Under the pieces are notes generated by a model that saw only the letters and a program-made list of their open reading frames with translations, did no database searches and was not told the DNA's origin. A DNA stretch of 64,000 nucleotides from Robiginitomaculum sp. (GTDB lineage: Bacteria > Pseudomonadota > Alphaproteobacteria > Caulobacterales > Maricaulaceae), in assembly GCA_021776615.1 (NCBI GenBank), contig JAJFFO010000023.1:1-64000 (forward strand). Direction: 5' to 3'. Made by a program: the position numbers and the translations under genes. This document shows positions 60,195 through 64,000 of the stretch, one piece after another (positions within the stretch are counted from its first letter, which is position 1; every line of letters begins with the position of its first letter).

Positions 60195-61817
60195 ATGACG
60201 AAACATTGGGTGGGTATTGCTTTACTCTCAACGGCGCTGGCAACGACACTGGCCAGTTGCACCATGCAGGCACCAGAAGAGACGCAGGAAGCTTCGGTCA
60301 GCTATGCGGCCAGCGGCTATGCGGCGAAATCCCTACCTGAATTGGCGGAGGCCTTGCAGGCCGGGGAGGTTAGCGCCGAAGATCTGATGCGGGAATATCT
60401 GACGCGCATTGCCGTTGTTGACCGGTATGGCCCAAATCTGCAAAGCATATTGGCGATAAACCCTGACGCCATGGAGCAGGCTCGCGCGCTGGATGCCAAG
60501 CGCGCCGCTGGTGAGGTTTTGGGGCCGTTGCACGGCATTCCGGTGTTGTTGAAAGATAATATTGAAACCAAAGACAATATGGCCACCACCGCCGGGGCAT
60601 TGGCGCTTAAAGACAATGTTACCGGTCGTGACAGTCCGTTGGCGGCAGGTCTTCGCGATGCCGGGGCGATAATTCTGGGCAAAACCAATTTAAGCCAATG
60701 GGCGAATTTTCGCTCCGAAAGCTCGATGTCTGGCTGGACTGCGCTAGGGGGGCAGGTGCGCAATCCGCATATGCTGGACCGTAATCCGTGTGGTTCAAGT
60801 TCTGGTTCCGGCGCAGCCGCCGCAGCATCCTTGGCTGCTGGTGCCGTGGGGACGGAGACCAATGGGTCAATTATTTGCCCCTCAAACGCCAATGGTGTTG
60901 TCGGTTTTAAGCCCACGGTCGGACTGGTTTCGCAGCAATATATCGTTCCGATTTCGTCTTCGCAGGATACTGCCGGGCCGATGACCAAAACCGTCAAGGG
61001 CGCAGCGATGATGCTGAACGCTATGGCTACGGGCAGTGCCAAGACCGATTATGTGGCGGCTTTGGACGCGGATTCCCTGAACGGCGTGCGCCTTGGCATA
61101 TTGCGGTTCTCCCAAGGCGAAAATGCCGATATTTTGGAAAACTTCAACGCCGCGCTTAAAGCGATGGAAGCTGCCGGTGCGATTTTGGTCGATATTGATG
61201 AATTTTCCCCCGCGGCCGAAGGGTTTGGCAATAAGTCCTATATGGTTTTGAAATATGAATTTAAAGCCACGCTGAATGAATATTTGGCTGACGCCGCGCC
61301 GGCGGTTACTACCCGCACTTTGGCCGACCTCATTGCTTTTAATGAAGAGCATGCCGATGTTGAATTGGCGCTGTTTGACCAAAGCATTTTTGAGGCTGCC
61401 GAGGCACTTGGCGGGCTGGACACGCTTGAGTATCTGGAAAGCCTGGCGGCCGTGCAATCGTCCACCCGCGAAGAGGGTATTGATGCGCTTTTGGCCAAAT
61501 ATGATGTGGCCGCACTGGTCGGGCCGTCCGGACCGATTACTCCGCGTGCTGACCCAGTTAATGGGGATGTTTGGCCTTCATGGGCCGGGTCTGGCAGCTT
61601 GCCAGCAATTGCTGGTTATCCGCATATAACCGTGCCCATGGGTAATGTGCATGGCCTGCCGATTGGTGTGTCGATTATGGGCGCCAAGGACCGGGATGCA
61701 GCCATTTTATCCTATGGCTTTGCCTATGAACAGCGCACGCATTTGCGTCCCGAACCACAATTTTTGAAAAATGCCGAGGCACGCCCTGAAATCGCGGCGG
61801 CGATGAAGAGGAAATAG
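60195..61817 (+). CDS. amidase-signature family amidase, lipoprotein
   Basis: Lipobox (LASC) after signal peptide; amidase signature GGSSSGSGAAAA...GTETNGSIICPS with Ser-cisSer-Lys triad context. Confidence 0.8.
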   Translation: MTKHWVGIALLSTALATTLASCTMQAPEETQEASVSYAASGYAAKSLPELAEALQAGEVSAEDLMREYLTRIAVVDRYGPNLQSILAINPDAMEQARALDAKRAAGEVLGPLHGIPVLLKDNIETKDNMATTAGALALKDNVTGRDSPLAAGLRDAGAIILGKTNLSQWANFRSESSMSGWTALGGQVRNPHMLDRNPCGSSSGSGAAAAASLAAGAVGTETNGSIICPSNANGVVGFKPTVGLVSQQYIVPISSSQDTAGPMTKTVKGAAMMLNAMATGSAKTDYVAALDADSLNGVRLGILRFSQGENADILENFNAALKAMEAAGAILVDIDEFSPAAEGFGNKSYMVLKYEFKATLNEYLADAAPAVTTRTLADLIAFNEEHADVELALFDQSIFEAAEALGGLDTLEYLESLAAVQSSTREEGIDALLAKYDVAALVGPSGPITPRADPVNGDVWPSWAGSGSLPAIAGYPHITVPMGNVHGLPIGVSIMGAKDRDAAILSYGFAYEQRTHLRPEPQFLKNAEARPEIAAAMKRK

Positions 61818-61820
61818 CGC

Positions 61821-61997
61821 GCTCAAGTAGCGAAGCGGTAGCGCACTAGGAAAATTCCGCTCAAGTAGCGAAGCGGTAGCGCACTAGGAAAATTCCGCTC
61901 AAGTAGCGAAGCGGTAGCGCACTAGGAAAATTCTGCTCAAGTAGCGAAGCGGTAGCGCACTAGGAAAATTCGCTCAAGTAGCGAAGCGGTAGCGCGT
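61821..61997. repeat. 38-bp head-to-tail tandem repeat, about 4.7 copies (gctcaagtagcgaagcggtagcgcactaggaaaattcc), no spacers
   Basis: Copies at 61821, 61859, 61897, 61935 (37 bp) and a diverged partial at 61972; each unit holds a short inverted repeat (gcgct...agcgc); lies between convergent genes. Confidence 0.9.
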
Positions 61998-62003
61998 GAA
62001 AAA

Positions 62004-62939
62004 TCACGTCAAATAGGTTGCAAACCAATCGAGTGTGCGTTGCCAGGCGAGATTGGCGGCGGTCTCGTCATAGCGCGGGGTGGTGTCATTGTGAAAGCCG
62101 TGATTAGCGTCTTCGTATATGTGAGCCGTGAAGGTTTTGCCGTGGGTTTTCAATGCCGCTTCATAGGTTGGCCAGCCGCCGTTTACCCGCGCGTCCAGCC
62201 CGGCATAGTGCAATAATAGCGGTGCATTGATGGCCGGAACGTCTTCGGCAGCGGCCTGGCGGCCATAAAACGGCACCGCGCAGGCCATATTTTCAAAATG
62301 AACCGCCAGTGCATTGCACACACCGCCGCCATAACAAAAACCAACCGCGCCGACCTTGCCATTGCTGTGCTGGTGGGTGGTTAAATATTCAAACCCGGCA
62401 AAAAAGTCGGAGAGTAATTTGGTGCGGTCGAGTTGTCGTTGCAGGGTTCGACCGTCCGCATCATTGCCCGGATAACCGCCAAGCGAGCTTAATCCATCGG
62501 GGCCAAGCGCTAAATAACCGGCTTTGGCCACCCGGCGCACCACGTCTTCAATATAGGGGTTGAGACCGCGATTTTCATGCACCACCAGCACCGCCCCGTA
62601 GGGGCCTTGCTTGACCGGGCGGGCCAGCAAGCCATTGACGGTTCCATGGCCTTCCGGCGAGGCGTATTGCACCTTCTGGGTGACAATGTCCGGGTCGTCG
62701 GGGGCTATTTGTTGCGCGAGGGCATAGTCGGGCTGCAGGGTTTTTAAAATGGCGGCGGCAGTTATGCCGCTGGCCGCAAATTGCGCCGCGCCTTTCAAGA
62801 AGTCGCGTTTGGAAACCGTGCCGTGCACATAGCCATCAAAAAGCTCTAACAGTTTTGGGTCGAATTCATGGGCTTTTTTGCGTTTCACGGCGTGTCTCCT
62901 TGTGCGGGGTTTTTGTATGTTACTGGTTGGCGGATTCAA
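62004..62939 (-). CDS. dienelactone hydrolase family protein with twin-arginine (Tat) signal
   Basis: SKRDFLKGAAQFAASG Tat motif; DLH motifs (VGFCYGGG nucleophile elbow, HGF histidine). Confidence 0.8.
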   Translation of the reverse strand: MNPPTSNIQKPRTRRHAVKRKKAHEFDPKLLELFDGYVHGTVSKRDFLKGAAQFAASGITAAAILKTLQPDYALAQQIAPDDPDIVTQKVQYASPEGHGTVNGLLARPVKQGPYGAVLVVHENRGLNPYIEDVVRRVAKAGYLALGPDGLSSLGGYPGNDADGRTLQRQLDRTKLLSDFFAGFEYLTTHQHSNGKVGAVGFCYGGGVCNALAVHFENMACAVPFYGRQAAAEDVPAINAPLLLHYAGLDARVNGGWPTYEAALKTHGKTFTAHIYEDANHGFHNDTTPRYDETAANLAWQRTLDWFATYLT

Positions 62940-63846
62940 ACGCGATGATTTTGCGGGTCATTTCGTCGGCTAAATCATTGGGGATCGGGAAGGTGAGGTG
63001 GTATTGGCTGATTTTCCAGCCCTCGCGCGTGCGTATTAACGTGCCGGTGCCACGGCTGGTGCCATAGTTTTCGCTGTCCAATACCTCATCAAACCACGCC
63101 ATATTGGCCATTGGCGACAAAACCACATGACGTTCGCGCGGCGTATAGCGCCAGCCTCGGCCTTGGTTAAAGAAGGGAAGTGCATAGGCTTTGAAATCGG
63201 CAATGGTCCACCGTTCCGAAACGTCGGTGCCGATATATATGGCATCTTCGGTGAACAAGTTGAAATATTCATCGCCATTGGCGGCGGCAGCAAGCTCATG
63301 AAGATTATCTAATATGGCATTGATTTTATTGGTTTCAGCGTCCTTTCCCAAGCTTGTTGCCTGCATGCCTTGCAGTACCGGCGTGTACAAATCATTGGGA
63401 ATGGGGATGCCCATTACCAGTTGGACGATTTTCCACTCCCCCTCGTGCAAAGCCATCGCGCCGGACGGGCGCAACAGGTAATCGGTATTGTTAAAATGGG
63501 CGAGTTCGGCGAACCATGCGCTCTGGCCGTCTTGCGAAACGCTAAGGCGCCGGTCTTTGAGATCAAAATCCCAACCCACGCCGGTTTCGAAGCTTTTCTT
63601 AATCGCCGGGGCGAATTCCTCATAGGACCAAATTTCGCTGGCATCGGTGCCGTAAAACACCGAATCTTTGGAAAATAAGGCTATAAAACCGTCAAAATCA
63701 GCCTTGCCGACCGCCTCATAATACCGGTCCAAAACCGCCTCGGCATCGCTTGTGGCCGTCTCGGGTTTAACCTTCTGCGAGGCCGGGCCGGAACACCCTG
63801 CCAGCGCCAATGACACTATAACCAAAAATCCCCCAAAATAACGCAT
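62920..63846 (-). CDS. lipoprotein with two tandem NTF2-like/SnoaL-like (DUF4440-type) domains
   Basis: Lipobox LAGCS after signal peptide; two internally similar halves (YYEAV...FYGTDASEIW and ...IYIGTDVSERW...GWKISQ); start trimmed to MRYFGG. Confidence 0.6.
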   Translation of the reverse strand: MRYFGGFLVIVSLALAGCSGPASQKVKPETATSDAEAVLDRYYEAVGKADFDGFIALFSKDSVFYGTDASEIWSYEEFAPAIKKSFETGVGWDFDLKDRRLSVSQDGQSAWFAELAHFNNTDYLLRPSGAMALHEGEWKIVQLVMGIPIPNDLYTPVLQGMQATSLGKDAETNKINAILDNLHELAAAANGDEYFNLFTEDAIYIGTDVSERWTIADFKAYALPFFNQGRGWRYTPRERHVVLSPMANMAWFDEVLDSENYGTSRGTGTLIRTREGWKISQYHLTFPIPNDLADEMTRKIIAFESANQ

Positions 63847-63954
63847 GCCAGCACCCTTTTTTTCCATCGTGAAACCGGTCATCATCATGACTATTGATTT
63901 GAACGCTGGCAATAAAAAACGCAAAAGCGGCGATAGAGAGCTTTGGGATACGCC

Positions 63955-64000
63955 ATGCGCGATAGACGACAATTTTTGCAAGGAGCGGCCTGTCTGGCGT
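63955..64000 (+). CDS. 5' fragment of a Tat-signal protein gene running off the window end
   Basis: ATG followed by RDRRQFLQGAACLA twin-arginine signal; only 15 codons visible. Confidence 0.3.
   Translation, partial: MRDRRQFLQGAACLA

Noticed and set aside
61821-61997. CRISPR array
   Set aside because: Units are directly abutting 38-bp repeats with no unique spacers and no cas genes nearby; this is a tandem repeat, not CRISPR
62940-63981. Longer 353-aa version of the NTF2-like lipoprotein
   Set aside because: An internal Met followed by a lipobox signal peptide (MRYFGGFLVIVSLALAGCS) is a much better start. The upstream 45 codons are hydrophilic and overlap the next region

Overview
The window is a high-GC (about 58-60%) chromosomal segment with Alphaproteobacteria-like gene content. 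It is mostly housekeeping and envelope genes, almost all readable from the ORF track.

Main content, in order:
- an ABC-F ATPase, ndk, a lemA plus M48 peptidase pair, parC and a single-domain response regulator;
- a class II B12-dependent ribonucleotide reductase (nrdJ) and a secreted pentapeptide-repeat protein;
- smpB, dapA, a lytic transglycosylase, and the classical pbpC plus giant alpha-2-macroglobulin operon;
- kbl-tdh;
- a tightly packed nucleoside catabolic operon (cdd-punA-deoC-ALDH-deoA-deoB-add), then feoAB;
- a periplasmic cluster (strictosidine-synthase-like protein, DsbA-like protein, BepA-like TPR M48 protease);
- rne, an AmiC-like amidase, mrcA and prfB, then an OmpA-like protein and cfa;
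- a complete hydroxyproline catabolic cluster (KGSA dehydrogenase, GntR regulator, 4-Hyp epimerase, DapA-like deaminase, DAO-like oxidase) followed by an M24 prolidase-like peptidase, a lipoprotein amidase, a Tat-exported dienelactone hydrolase and a tandem NTF2-like lipoprotein.

Features that the ORF track does not explain:
- an AT-rich (about 42-47% GC) islet at about 25.9-28.4 kb carrying a lone flotillin-like SPFH gene and an orphan 161-aa protein with a possible PD-(D/E)xK-like nuclease motif;
- an 80-100 bp nested-palindrome repeat element present twice in opposite orientation (11.77 kb and 28.10 kb);
- degenerate GGGATGACAC direct sub-repeats in front of the nucleoside operon;
- a 38-bp head-to-tail tandem repeat (about 4.7 copies) at 61.82-62.0 kb;
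- the prfB programmed +1 frameshift site (CTT TGA C preceded by AGGAGG), which is why the ORF track truncates RF2;
- a two-domain aldehyde dehydrogenase with a degenerate second ALDH-like half inside the deo operon;
- a Fur-box-like palindrome just upstream of feoA;
- a GC hairpin terminator and a roughly 390-nt leader flanking rne.

No tRNA, rRNA, CRISPR array, transposase or integrase could be supported from the sequence.
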